Shown here: positions 28,512 to 38,130 of the stretch, piece after piece
How positions within the stretch are numbered: position 1 is the stretch's first letter
Layout: each line of letters opens with the position of its first letter
Source: Capsulimonadaceae bacterium
Lineage (GTDB): Bacteria; Armatimonadota; Armatimonadia; Armatimonadales; Capsulimonadaceae
Length of the DNA stretch: 64,000 nt
Direction of reading: 5' to 3'
Assembly: GCA_965215505.1 (NCBI GenBank)
Contig: OZ244065.1
Span: 1,856,001-1,920,000 of the forward strand
The notes under the pieces: generated by a model
What the model was told of the DNA's origin: nothing
Databases searched by the model: none
What the model saw: the letters and a program-made list of their open reading frames with translations, nothing else
Made by a program: the position numbers and the translations under genes

Positions 28512-30310
28512 ATCCCGGCCCTCGCGGGGACAAGCCGACCGCCGTCCATCGGGTCAATATAGTTGTGCTTCCTGGCATCCGCTTCGGAGTAGGTCATGCC
28601 GCACTTCTCGCAGCGGTAGACGGTCTGGCTGCCTGTTGCCGCAGCCGCCGTCGGGAGGGTCGCCGGACCGCCCGCGCCCCAGGCCGTCGCTACCACCTGC
28701 GCTCCCTCGTTCAGCCCCGCCTGCCCCTGCGTTACGACCCGCGCCGCTGCGCTCAGGGCGTCGGAGGATACCTCGGTCCAGGTGCCGTCGCTGGCCCCAA
28801 CCCGCACCGCGACCTGATGCGCGGTCAGCCCCGTGCCGGGCGATGCGGCCTGCGCGCCCTTGACGGGGATGAGTCTGCCGCCGTCCATCGGGTCTTGGTA
28901 GTTGAACTTCTTCGCCTGCGCCGCAGAGTAGTGCATATGGCAGACGGAACACTCGTACACCTGGCCTGCCGACGCCGCGCCGCCCGCCGCCGTCCAGACG
29001 GAGGACTGACCGCCCTGCGTCAAGACGGCGGAGGCGGGCACGAGCAGCTTGTCGGCCACCGTGTTCTTGCTGATCTGCATCGTCACGAACGCGCCGGGCA
29101 TTAGGCGATGACCAGGATTGGAGACGACCGCTTCCACGACCGCCGTTCGGGTCTGACCACTGGCGGCGGGGAAGACCGAGGAGAGGCGGGCCGCGATTGT
29201 CTTGCCGCCGCCGTCCCCCTGCACCGTGATCGTGACCGGTGAGCCGGCATGAACATCGGCCACGTCCTCCACAGCCACATTCGCCTGCACCCGGACGCGG
29301 TCTATTTCGGCGATCTTCAGGAGGACCATCCCCGGCTGCACCAGCGTTCCGGGCGCGATGGGGCGGGCGGTCACCACGCCGCCGAACGGGGCGGTGATGC
29401 GGGCGTAGCCCTGCTGGACGGCGGCGGCCTGCGCGGCGGCCTGCGCCGCCGACGCGCCCGCTTCGGCCTGATCCGACTGCCCCTGGGCGACGGCGATGTC
29501 CGCCTGCGCCATCCGCTCCCCCGCCGAGGCGGCGGCCACTTGGCTCGCGGCGGCCCGGACTTTGGCGACCGCCGAGGCCGCCGTGGCGCGGGCCTGGCTC
29601 ACCTTCGCCTGGGCCTGGGCGAGCGCCGCCACAGCAGCCTGCGCCTGCGATTGTTCGTTCTGATACTCCTGCTGTGAAACCGCTCCCGCATCGGCGAGCT
29701 GCTTCTCGCGCCCGATCTCCGTCTTCCAGTAGTCAGCACTAGCCTGGACGCTCACCACCCCCGCCTGGGCGTCCGCAATCGCGGATTGGTCCGCCGACGC
29801 CGAAGCCTGGGCGTCCGCCACCCCGAGGCGGGCGGCCTCCACCTGGGCCGATGCCTGGTCGAGTGCGGCCTGGTGGTGTCCGTAGTGTGTCAGGTGGGCG
29901 ACCCGCGCGCCGAGCCGGGCCTGCCGCGCCTGGGCCTCCGCCTGGGCGGCCTGCGGGCCGACCTGGGAGGTGTCCAGCCGGGCCACGAGTTGACCCGCCC
30001 GCGCCAAGTCACCGGGGTACAGCGGCAAGGACAGGACGGTCCCCGTGATGCGGGGGCTGATGTCCTGTTCATTGTAGGCCAGGACACTACCGGTGTAAGT
30101 GACTGTGTCTGCCAGGGAGCTTGACCGCACGGAGGCCAGGGCGACGGGGGCCGCGCCCGTGGGCGGGCGCATCTGGGACATGTCCATGGCCTGGGCGGAG
30201 AGGACATCGAGCTGACCTGGCTTATGATAATGCTGCACGGCCCAGGCCGTGCCCAGCGCGGCGGCGGCAAGGGAAGCGATGCCGAGGCTGTTCTTGATCC
30301 AGGTGTTCAT
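28508..30310 (-). CDS. RND periplasmic adaptor (MFP) with two CxxC/DPMDGG putative metal-binding repeats
   Basis: Lipoyl/hairpin MFP core (ITAPFGGVV, LMPGAFV); repeats at 28871-28957 and 28532-28618. Confidence 0.9.
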   Translation of the reverse strand: MNTWIKNSLGIASLAAAALGTAWAVQHYHKPGQLDVLSAQAMDMSQMRPPTGAAPVALASVRSSSLADTVTYTGSVLAYNEQDISPRITGTVLSLPLYPGDLARAGQLVARLDTSQVGPQAAQAEAQARQARLGARVAHLTHYGHHQAALDQASAQVEAARLGVADAQASASADQSAIADAQAGVVSVQASADYWKTEIGREKQLADAGAVSQQEYQNEQSQAQAAVAALAQAQAKVSQARATAASAVAKVRAAASQVAAASAGERMAQADIAVAQGQSDQAEAGASAAQAAAQAAAVQQGYARITAPFGGVVTARPIAPGTLVQPGMVLLKIAEIDRVRVQANVAVEDVADVHAGSPVTITVQGDGGGKTIAARLSSVFPAASGQTRTAVVEAVVSNPGHRLMPGAFVTMQISKNTVADKLLVPASAVLTQGGQSSVWTAAGGAASAGQVYECSVCHMHYSAAQAKKFNYQDPMDGGRLIPVKGAQAASPGTGLTAHQVAVRVGASDGTWTEVSSDALSAAARVVTQGQAGLNEGAQVVATAWGAGGPATLPTAAAATGSQTVYRCEKCGMTYSEADARKHNYIDPMDGGRLVPARAGI

Positions 30311-30437
30311 CGTTTGCGTGGTGCCTTCCCAGGGTTAGACCCCTGGGCTAATTAGTGGAAGACGGGACGTGAGGGCGCGAATCAGCCGGTCCCGTCAGCG
30401 TGTGACGAAGTGCGGGTGTGAGTGCAAGTAGGCGGGT

Positions 30438-30983
30438 TCAGGCGGCGGGGGGCGCACGGAGGCCGTGCAAGGCGGGTGCGGCGTGTGGGGACAGAGTGAC
30501 GGTGTGCGTCCAGGAAGTGACGCGGGCGGTGCGGGGGGCGGAGACAGCAACGGGGGCAGACTGGGGCGGTGCAAGTGCGGGTGAGGCTGTCAGGAGCCAG
30601 CGCGAGCGGTGGACGACCGGCGGGGCCGACACGGGGGCGGAGACGTGGATGGAGACGACGCAGGGGCGCGTCGAGAAGGCGGTGCGGGCCGGGGAGGAGA
30701 CTGCGAGCGAGGCGATGCTGCCGTGGTACGGCTGCCCCATCGGACATCCTTGCATGGGGGCGCGTCCGGCTTGCATCGAGCGGCAGCAGGACATCAAGGC
30801 CCCGTAAACCTGCTTCTCGGTGAGGCCGGCGGGAAGTTCGGCGCGGGCACACGGGGCGGATTTCGGGGATGCTCCCACGCAGCGCATCTGCGCCTCCGCC
30901 CGTCCAGGCAAGGGCGTCCACGAGGAAACCGCGAGTAGCAGCGCCAGGAAGAGGGTGATGAACTTGTAGGGTCGGCACCGCAT
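30438..30983 (-). CDS. Secreted Cys/Met-rich leader protein ending in RAPP (putative arrest peptide, CruR/CutF-like)
   Basis: Signal peptide MRCRPYKFITLFLALLLAVSSW..AEA; MSCCRSM, GCPMG; Pro/Ala/Ser linker; ends HGLRAPPAA*. Confidence 0.7.
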   Translation of the reverse strand: MRCRPYKFITLFLALLLAVSSWTPLPGRAEAQMRCVGASPKSAPCARAELPAGLTEKQVYGALMSCCRSMQAGRAPMQGCPMGQPYHGSIASLAVSSPARTAFSTRPCVVSIHVSAPVSAPPVVHRSRWLLTASPALAPPQSAPVAVSAPRTARVTSWTHTVTLSPHAAPALHGLRAPPAA

Positions 30984-31169
30984 GATTACCCAGAGTATAC
31001 CTGCAAAGGGCCGGACAAGTTCCCACGGCGTGCCCGTCATGATGCTGGGTTTGCCAGGCAGGCGGAACATTTTTCGGCACGACGCCGTCGGTAGAAGCGT
31101 GGACGACAACGAGGCGTCAAGCACCCCATGTCCATGAACAAACGCCCAACATCCATGAAGGATAACACC

Positions 31170-31472
31170 ATGAAGATCTCGATCACGAATATTCTGGCCC
31201 TCGGCGGCCTGTGCGCCCTGCTTGCGGGGTCGGCCGGGGCGGCTTCCGCTCAGGCCTACGGCGGCCCTGGGATGCACCCCGGCGCGATGCACGCGCGCCG
31301 CCATATCCAGGGGCTGAAGGCGGCCTACGCCCACGACGTGGCGACCGGCCACTACAGGGCGGCGCAGCGGGCGCATCTGAAGGCGCGCGCCATCCGCCAG
31401 CACGTCCGGGCGCACCGGGAGATGATGCACTCAGACATGCACCGCGACATGCACCACGATCACGGGATGTAA
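31170..31472 (+). CDS. Small secreted His/Met-rich protein
   Basis: AAGGA SD; signal peptide ending ASA-Q; C-terminus HREMMHSDMHRDMHHDHGM. Confidence 0.75.
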   Translation: MKISITNILALGGLCALLAGSAGAASAQAYGGPGMHPGAMHARRHIQGLKAAYAHDVATGHYRAAQRAHLKARAIRQHVRAHREMMHSDMHRDMHHDHGM

Positions 31473-31660
31473 GTGGACGCCGCTCGCCCCGGAGAGTTTC
31501 CCGACAGGCCGACAGGCCGCGCAGAACCAGTTCTGCGCGGCCTGTGCGCGTTTCGGCTTCGTCAACCGGCGTTTGAAACGCCGCATGTGCTGGTATCAAT
31601 GGCAGAGCCGCGGGGCCACGGCCCTGCTGGAAGAAACACAGCACAGGAAGAATCAAGACC

Positions 31661-32716
31661 ATGATACAGAGTACCGGGTACGCGACCCAGGACGCGAAAA
31701 CGCCGCTGACGCCGTTCCAATTCGAGCGGGAGGAGCCGGGGGCGACGGACGTCCAGATCGCCATCCACTACTGCGGCGTCTGCCACTCGGACCTGCACCA
31801 AGTCCGCAACGAGTGGGGCAATACCGTCTACCCCTGCTTGCCGGGCCATGAGATCGTCGGCCGGGTGGTGAAGGCCGGCGCAAGCGTGACCAAGTTCAAA
31901 GAGGGGGACCTGGTCGGCGTCGGCTGCATGGTAGGCTCGTGCGGGAAATGCGAGGCGTGCAAGGAAGGGATCGAGCAGTACTGCGAAGGCCCGCACGGCT
32001 TCACGGCGACCTACAACGGCCCGATGAAGCCGGACGGCAGCAACACATTCGGGGGCTACTCGGACACGATCGTCGTCACCGAGGAGTTCGTGCTGCGCGT
32101 CCCGGAGAGTCTGGACGTCAAGGCGGTCGCGCCGCTGCTCTGCGCGGGCGTCACCACCTACTCGCCGCTGCGGCACTGGAAGGTTTCGCCGGGGCAGAAG
32201 GTCGGCATCATCGGGCTGGGCGGGCTGGGCCACATGGCGACGCAGCTCGCGAAGGCGATGGGCGCGCACGTCACGGTCTTCACCACGTCGCCCGGCAAAG
32301 AGCATGACGCCCGGCGTCTGGGGGCCGAAGACGTGGTGCTTTCGACCGACGAGGCCCAGATGGCGAAGCACGAGGCGAGCTTTGATTTCCTCCTCAGCAC
32401 CATCCCCGACACGCACGACGTCAACCCCTACATCCAGCTTTTGAAGCGGGATGCGACACTGACATTGGTGGGCGCGCTGGCCCCGAGCGAATGTGGGATT
32501 GACAACAGCCAGGTCGCGTTCCACCGCCGGAACGTCGCCGGGTCGCTGATCGGGAGCGTCGCCGAGACGCAGGAGGTTTTGGACTTCTGCGCCGAACACG
32601 GCATTACGGCGGACGTCGAGATGATCCCGATACACGACATCAACACGGCCTTCGAGCGGATGAAGAAGGCGGACGTGCGCTACCGGTTCGTGATAGACAT
32701 GGCCTCGGCGAAGTAG
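31661..32716 (+). CDS. Zn-dependent NAD(P)H alcohol dehydrogenase (cinnamyl-ADH/YahK-like)
   Basis: CGVCHSDLH, PGHEIVG, CGKCEAC..C, GLGGLGH, YRFVID. Confidence 0.95.
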   Translation: MIQSTGYATQDAKTPLTPFQFEREEPGATDVQIAIHYCGVCHSDLHQVRNEWGNTVYPCLPGHEIVGRVVKAGASVTKFKEGDLVGVGCMVGSCGKCEACKEGIEQYCEGPHGFTATYNGPMKPDGSNTFGGYSDTIVVTEEFVLRVPESLDVKAVAPLLCAGVTTYSPLRHWKVSPGQKVGIIGLGGLGHMATQLAKAMGAHVTVFTTSPGKEHDARRLGAEDVVLSTDEAQMAKHEASFDFLLSTIPDTHDVNPYIQLLKRDATLTLVGALAPSECGIDNSQVAFHRRNVAGSLIGSVAETQEVLDFCAEHGITADVEMIPIHDINTAFERMKKADVRYRFVIDMASAK

Positions 32717-32741
32717 GCCGCTGCGCCTGAATGACAAATAC

Positions 32742-32772
32742 GAAGGGCCGCCGCATGATGCGGCGGCCCTTC
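32742..32772. terminator. Hairpin between convergent genes
   Basis: GAAGGGCCGCCGCA-tga-TGCGGCGGCCCTTC perfect 14-bp stem. Confidence 0.7.
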
Positions 32773-32788
32773 TGCGTCCGGGCCGGCG

Positions 32789-33535
32789 TTAGAGGGAAAA
32801 GCGTTCACGCAGGAAGGCGCGGCTGGCCCGCATGTCCGCCATCGGGTCTTCCGAGTCCGGGTCCTGTTCCACGACGACATGGCGCAGGTTGGGCAGGCGC
32901 GGCAGCTCCTCGATGATGGGGCCGAGGTCCATCTCGCCGCCACCCAGAGGCGCGGCCCGTCCTCCGCGCCAGTCGCGCAGGTGGACCATGCCGACTTGGT
33001 CCCGGCAGCGCCGGAGGAGTTCGACCGGGTCGTGCCCCGCCTTCCAGACCCAGCCGGTGTCTATGCACAACATCACGGAGGCAGGGTCGAGGCCGTCAAG
33101 AAGAAGGTCGTAGCCGGTCCGGCCTTCGGACACGATATCGAACTCGAAGTCATGGTTGTGGTAGTGAAGGAACAACCCTTGCTCGCGCAGGCGGCGGCCC
33201 GCCGTGTTCAAAGCTTCCGCCGCCGCGCGGTAATTGTTTACGCCGCGCTGCTCCCATTCCAGGAGGCCGGAGCTGACCACATCGCTCCCGCCCGCGTGCA
33301 GGGTGCCGGCGATGACCGCGTCCGGCGACCCCAGCGCCGCCAGGACGAGGTGCGGGCCGATGAAGCCTAGCCCGTGCCGGTCCAGCAGATCGCGCCCGGC
33401 AGGCTCCCCGCTGAATCCCTCCACGGATGCGTAGCCTGCCGCCGCCAAGCCCTCCAGAATCCAGTCCAGGTCCCTGTCCAGGTCGTACTTGTCTCGGAAG
33501 ATGTAAAGCTGCGCGGCGATCTTCTGTTCGGGCAT
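32789..33535 (-). CDS. Sugar phosphate isomerase/epimerase (xylose isomerase-like TIM barrel)
   Basis: AAQLY, YHNHDFEF, DTGW, HLRD, VVEQD. Confidence 0.88.
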   Translation of the reverse strand: MPEQKIAAQLYIFRDKYDLDRDLDWILEGLAAAGYASVEGFSGEPAGRDLLDRHGLGFIGPHLVLAALGSPDAVIAGTLHAGGSDVVSSGLLEWEQRGVNNYRAAAEALNTAGRRLREQGLFLHYHNHDFEFDIVSEGRTGYDLLLDGLDPASVMLCIDTGWVWKAGHDPVELLRRCRDQVGMVHLRDWRGGRAAPLGGGEMDLGPIIEELPRLPNLRHVVVEQDPDSEDPMADMRASRAFLRERFSL

Positions 33536-33547
33536 CGTGTTCCCCTT

Positions 33548-35122
33548 TCAGGCGGAGCGGCGCAATAGGCCGTACTCGATGCTGTCCACGACGGCGTGCC
33601 AGGAGGCGTCAATGATGTTGGTGGAGACGCCCACCGTACTCCACGTCTCGCCCGCGTCGGCGTAGTCCACGACGGTACGAACGCGGGCCGCCGTGCCCTC
33701 CTTGACGTTGACGACGCGCACTTTGAAGTCGGTCAGGCGGATCGTCGCCAGCTCCGGGTAGTGGGGGGTCAGGGCCAGCCGCAGGGCGCTGTCCAGGGCG
33801 TTGACGGGGCCGTCGCCCTCCGCGACGGTCAGCATCTCCTCGCCGCTGACGCGCAGTTTCAGGGTCGCCTCGGTGATGGCCTCATGGTCGGCGGCGCGCT
33901 TCTCGACGATGACCCGGTAGCCGACCAGCTCAAACAGACTCCGGTAGGTGCCCGTGGCCTTCTTGACCAGTAGGTCGAACGAGGCTTCCGCGCCTTCGAA
34001 CGAGTAGCCCTGATGCTCCAAAGCCGTCACCTGCGTCAGAATCTCCTTGATCTCGGGGCTGCCTTTCTGGAGGTCTAAGCCGCCCTTCTGGAGCTTTTCC
34101 AGGATGGTGGAGGAGCCGGAATGCTCGGAAACCAGGATGCGGTTCTCGTTGCCGACCAGGGCGGGGTCGAGGTGGATGTATGTCTCGGGGTTCTTCCGCA
34201 TGGCGTCCACATGCAGGCCCGCCTTGTGGGCGAAGGCCGACCGGCCCACATAGGGCGCGGAGGTCTGGGGCGGGACGTTGGCGATCTCGTCAATGGAGTG
34301 GGCGAACTCGGACAGTTCGGCTAGGTGCGGGGCGCAGGCCAGGTCGTAGCCCAGCTTGAGCGCGAGCGCGGGCATGATGCTGGTCAGGTTGGCATTGCCG
34401 GTCCGCTCCCCCAGCCCGTTGATGGTCCCCTGCGCCTGGAGGCAGCCGGTCTGGATGGCGACCAGGCTGTTCGCGACCCCGCACTCGGCGTCGTTGTGCG
34501 TGTGGATGGCGAAGCGGCCCTGGGGGAACCGCCCGACGACCTCCTCCACGATGTACGCGATGGCGTCCGGCAGGCTCCCGCCGTTCGTGTCGCACAGCGC
34601 GATGCAGTCCACGCCCGCCTCTAATGCGGCGCTGAGGCACTTGCCCGTGTACTCCGGATTGCGCTTCCAGCCATCAAAAAAGTGTTCGGCATCAAAGATC
34701 ACCTCGCGCCCGTTGGCCTTGAAGAACCGTACCGTGTCGGCGATCATCGCCAGGTTTTCTTCTAGGGGCAGGCGCAGGGCCTCCGTGACGTGGAAGTCCC
34801 AGGACTTGCCGACGAAGGTAATGACGGGCGTTTGGGCGTCGAGTAGCTGCTGAAGCATCGGGTCGTCTTCGGCCCGGCGATGAGGCCGGCGCGTACTGCC
34901 GAAGGCGGCGAGCTTGGCGTGGGTCAGCATGATGCCCTTCATGCGGTCGAAGAACTCAATGTCTTTAGGATTACTGCCCGGCCAGCCGCCCTCGATGTAG
35001 TCAATGCCGAAGGCGTCCAGACGGCGCGCGATGCGGATCTTGTCTTCAACGCTGAAGGAGATGCCCTCGCCCTGCGAGCCGTCGCGCAGAGTGGTGTCAT
35101 AGATGTCTATTCGTGTGGTCAA
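33548..35122 (-). CDS. cimA: Citramalate synthase
   Basis: DTTLRDGSQGEG, EGGWPGSNPKD, DAEHFFDG, LCDTNGG, HTHND, C-terminal regulatory domain. Confidence 0.93.
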   Translation of the reverse strand: MTTRIDIYDTTLRDGSQGEGISFSVEDKIRIARRLDAFGIDYIEGGWPGSNPKDIEFFDRMKGIMLTHAKLAAFGSTRRPHRRAEDDPMLQQLLDAQTPVITFVGKSWDFHVTEALRLPLEENLAMIADTVRFFKANGREVIFDAEHFFDGWKRNPEYTGKCLSAALEAGVDCIALCDTNGGSLPDAIAYIVEEVVGRFPQGRFAIHTHNDAECGVANSLVAIQTGCLQAQGTINGLGERTGNANLTSIMPALALKLGYDLACAPHLAELSEFAHSIDEIANVPPQTSAPYVGRSAFAHKAGLHVDAMRKNPETYIHLDPALVGNENRILVSEHSGSSTILEKLQKGGLDLQKGSPEIKEILTQVTALEHQGYSFEGAEASFDLLVKKATGTYRSLFELVGYRVIVEKRAADHEAITEATLKLRVSGEEMLTVAEGDGPVNALDSALRLALTPHYPELATIRLTDFKVRVVNVKEGTAARVRTVVDYADAGETWSTVGVSTNIIDASWHAVVDSIEYGLLRRSA

Positions 35123-35406
35123 TTCACTGCTCCTGCATCCCGCAGCACTCTCTCGATCTCGGTATGTCCATCATCCACAGCACAGTAGAGTGGCGTTTCA
35201 CCACTATCGTTAATGGTGTTGACCTCTGCGCCTTTCTCAATGAGCAGCCTAGCCATGTCTGTCTGCCCGAACATAGCGGCGTATTCCAATGCTGTGGAGT
35301 TGTGGCTATCGCGGGAGTTGACATAAACTCCGCGTTCCAGCAATTCCTTGACCAGCGCGAGGTCGCGGTCAAAGGCAGCATTCACCAGGCGTTCGTCTAG
35401 CTCCAT
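35119..35406 (-). CDS. Small ankyrin-repeat protein
   Basis: TALEYAAMFGQTDMARLLIEKGAEVN and GETPLYCAVDDGHTEI; lower GC than flanks. Confidence 0.85.
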   Translation of the reverse strand: MELDERLVNAAFDRDLALVKELLERGVYVNSRDSHNSTALEYAAMFGQTDMARLLIEKGAEVNTINDSGETPLYCAVDDGHTEIERVLRDAGAVN

Positions 35407-35411
35407 AGAAC

Positions 35412-36515
35412 CTAACCCCGTGGGTCCAGCCCGCGCAGCACAGTTCCGGCCACGAGGTCCCCCATCTGGCGGCAGGTGACGTGGTTCATGCCTTCGCCCA
35501 GGATGTCCGAGGTGCGGTAGCCGCCTTGCAGGATGTGGCCGACGGCGGCCTCGATGTCCCGCGCGGCGGCCTCGGCCCCCAGCGAGTAGCGCAGGAGCAA
35601 AGCGCCGGAAAGGATGGTGGCGAGCGGGTTGGCCTTGCCCGTCCCCGCGATGTCGGGGGCGCTGCCGTGGCTCGGCTCGTACAGGCCGAAGGTGCCGCTC
35701 TCGGTCTTCTGCTCCCCTAAAGAGGCCGAGGGGAGCATCCCCAAGGAGCCGGTGAGCATGGCAGCCTCGTCGCTGAGGATGTCGCCGAAGAGGTTTTCGG
35801 TCACGATGACATCGAACGACTGCGGGCGGCGGACGAGGTCCATGGCGGTGGCATCTACCAACTGGTGCGAGAGTTCCACATCGGGGTACTCGGCGGCAAG
35901 ATTCGTGACGGTTTCGCGCCACAGGCGGGAGGTTTCCAGGACGTTCGCTTTGTCCACGCTCAGGAGGCGCTTGCCGCGCTTCTGGGCGGCCTCAAAGCCG
36001 ACGCGGGCGATGCGAGCGATCTCGGCCTTGGTGTAGGTGCAGGTGTCCACGGCGTGGTCACCTTCCCAGGACTTGGGCGACCCGAAGTACAGGCCGCCGG
36101 TCAGTTCGCGGACGACCAGGATGTCGAAGCCCCCTTCCACGAGGTCTGCCCGCAGGGGGCAGGCCGCCGCGAGGCTCGGGTACAGGACGCAGGGGCGGAG
36201 GTTGGCATACAGGCCCATCTTTTGGCGCAGGGGCAGGAGTGCGCCGCGCTCGGGGCGCAGGTTCGGGTCGGGGATGGCGTCGTACTTCGGCCCGCCGACC
36301 GCGCCGAAGTAGACGGCGTCGGAGGACTGGACGAGTTCCAATGTCTCGGGCGGCAGGGGATGGCCGGTGGCATCGTAGGCCGCGCCACCGACCAGTGCCT
36401 CGGTGAAGTCCAGCGTCAGGCCGTGCTTCTGCGAGGCCGCGTGCAGGACCTTCAGGCCCTCCGCCATGATCTCCGGGCCGATGCCATCGCCCGCCAAGAC
36501 TGCGATCTTTGCCAT
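35412..36515 (-). CDS. leuB: 3-isopropylmalate dehydrogenase
   Basis: [46 protein letters not shown]. Confidence 0.97.
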   Translation of the reverse strand: MAKIAVLAGDGIGPEIMAEGLKVLHAASQKHGLTLDFTEALVGGAAYDATGHPLPPETLELVQSSDAVYFGAVGGPKYDAIPDPNLRPERGALLPLRQKMGLYANLRPCVLYPSLAAACPLRADLVEGGFDILVVRELTGGLYFGSPKSWEGDHAVDTCTYTKAEIARIARVGFEAAQKRGKRLLSVDKANVLETSRLWRETVTNLAAEYPDVELSHQLVDATAMDLVRRPQSFDVIVTENLFGDILSDEAAMLTGSLGMLPSASLGEQKTESGTFGLYEPSHGSAPDIAGTGKANPLATILSGALLLRYSLGAEAAARDIEAAVGHILQGGYRTSDILGEGMNHVTCRQMGDLVAGTVLRGLDPRG

Positions 36516-36552
36516 GTTAGTTCGTCCCCTTTAGAAACTGTAGAAAAAGCAG

Positions 36553-36663
36553 AACGGGCGACTGAAGTCGCGGCAACAAAGGCACGAAGTCGCCCTCCGG
36601 CGACTAAGACTTGAACCGGCAAAGGCCGGTTTTGTGCCATTATTGCTGCGGTTTCAACCGCTG
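36553..36663. repeat. Multi-hairpin palindromic intergenic element (REP/BIME-like)
   Basis: GCGACTGAAGTCGC, AGTCGCC-CTCC-GGCGACT, AACCGGC-AAAG-GCCGGTT, GCGGTTTCAACCGC; outer arms GCAACAAAGGCAC / GTGCCATTATTGC roughly complementary. Confidence 0.6.
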
Positions 36664-36676
36664 GCCCCCGTGTTTT

Positions 36677-37654
36677 TCACACTCTTAGTTGTGCCTGTCG
36701 GCATTCTTCCCAAAGACGCGCCACTAAATCGGCGGCGGCGGGAATGTCCTGGATGACGGCGCTGCTGGTGCCCGCATAGAGGGCCATTTCCAGCACGTCG
36801 CCGGTGGTGCCCAAGCGGGGTGCAGCGTCGTCGTAGCGGACAATCGGCTCGCCCGATGCCGAATGGCCCACCGTTTCGCCCTCGCCGGGCCGCAAGCCAG
36901 CGGGGGAGCAGCCGGAGGCCTCCCAGCCTTCCAGCGTCCCGTTCCGTAGAACGCGGTGGGCGGCATAAGGCCAGTCGCCGTCGAAGCAGACCGTCAGGGC
37001 AGTCTCGCCCAGCCCGACTTGCGTCAGGCGCTCTTTGTAGGCGGGGTGCGCGCCGCTCTCCAACGTCGCCACGAAGCGGGTTCCCAGCATGGCCGCGTCC
37101 GCGCCGAGGGCTAGAACGCGGGCGATGTCTGCGCCGTTGCCGATGCCGCCGGAGGCGATGACGGGGAGGCCCGGTGCGGCTTCCAGGACGTGCGGCAGCA
37201 GGTCATCCAGAGGCATCGTGGACTGGACATGGCCGCCTGCCTCGATGCCCTGACAGATGAGGAAGTCGGCACCCAGATCAATCGCGCGCCGCGCCCCGGC
37301 GGCGTTGGCGACTTGGATGCCCAACTTGGCTCCCGCCGCCCGCACCTGGGCCAGATACGGGGCGGGGTCGCCCCAGGAGAACGTGACGACCGGTGCCCCG
37401 GCGTCCAGGGCGGCGGCCAAAGAGGCGGGCGGCTTGTACAGGGCGTAGTTGGCCTGGAATGGGGCCGCTGTCGCCTCTCGGACCCGTCGTACCAGTTCCG
37501 CCGCCGCTTCGGGGCCAGTCCAGGTCAGGGCCATCGCGCCTAAAGCGCCCGCGCCGGAGACGGCGGCGGCAAGCTCCGGCCCGGCGATGCTGCCGGTCGG
37601 GGCCTGACAGAGCGGGAAGGGCAGGCCGAGCAGATCTTGCAGGCGGGTCGTCAT
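36677..37654 (-). CDS. Nitronate monooxygenase family flavoprotein
   Basis: QAP, QGIEAGGH, ASGGIG, LGTRFVATLES. Confidence 0.9.
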   Translation of the reverse strand: MTTRLQDLLGLPFPLCQAPTGSIAGPELAAAVSGAGALGAMALTWTGPEAAAELVRRVREATAAPFQANYALYKPPASLAAALDAGAPVVTFSWGDPAPYLAQVRAAGAKLGIQVANAAGARRAIDLGADFLICQGIEAGGHVQSTMPLDDLLPHVLEAAPGLPVIASGGIGNGADIARVLALGADAAMLGTRFVATLESGAHPAYKERLTQVGLGETALTVCFDGDWPYAAHRVLRNGTLEGWEASGCSPAGLRPGEGETVGHSASGEPIVRYDDAAPRLGTTGDVLEMALYAGTSSAVIQDIPAAADLVARLWEECRQAQLRV

Positions 37655-38130
37655 ATGCTTCCCATGTCCACGCGCAATGTCCGCAGGAACTCGGAATATC
37701 CCATCTTGCGCCAGAAGGCCTGCGAGGCGGGGTTGGCCCGGACGACCTGGATCTCGATGGCCGTGATGCCGTTCGCCCGGAACCAGGCGCGCAGGCGCTC
37801 GTACAGCCGCCGCCCGATGCCCTGCCCGCGCCAGGCCTCCTCGACGCAGAGGTCGGCAACATAGCCGCAGTCGCCCGAGGCGAGGGTCGGTCGGCGCATG
37901 ATCTGGCCGAAGGTGTAGCCGACGATGATCTTCTCCTGTTCGGCGACCAAGACGGCCATGTTCGGGTTGTCGAGCTGATCGCCCAGGTAGCCGATGAACC
38001 AGTCCGCCGCGCTCTCGGCCAGCGTCAGGCGGGCATCAAAGGAGGCGTTGATGTCTTGTAGCTGCCGCCAGAGCGCGATGACGGCGGGCAGGTCTGAAGA
38101 ACGCGCTGACCGGATGAGGACGTCAGACAT
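37651..38130 (-). CDS. GNAT family N-acetyltransferase
   Basis: LCVEEAWRGQGIGRRL acetyl-CoA motif, ANPASQAFWRKMGY. Confidence 0.9.
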   Translation of the reverse strand: MSDVLIRSARSSDLPAVIALWRQLQDINASFDARLTLAESAADWFIGYLGDQLDNPNMAVLVAEQEKIIVGYTFGQIMRRPTLASGDCGYVADLCVEEAWRGQGIGRRLYERLRAWFRANGITAIEIQVVRANPASQAFWRKMGYSEFLRTLRVDMGSI

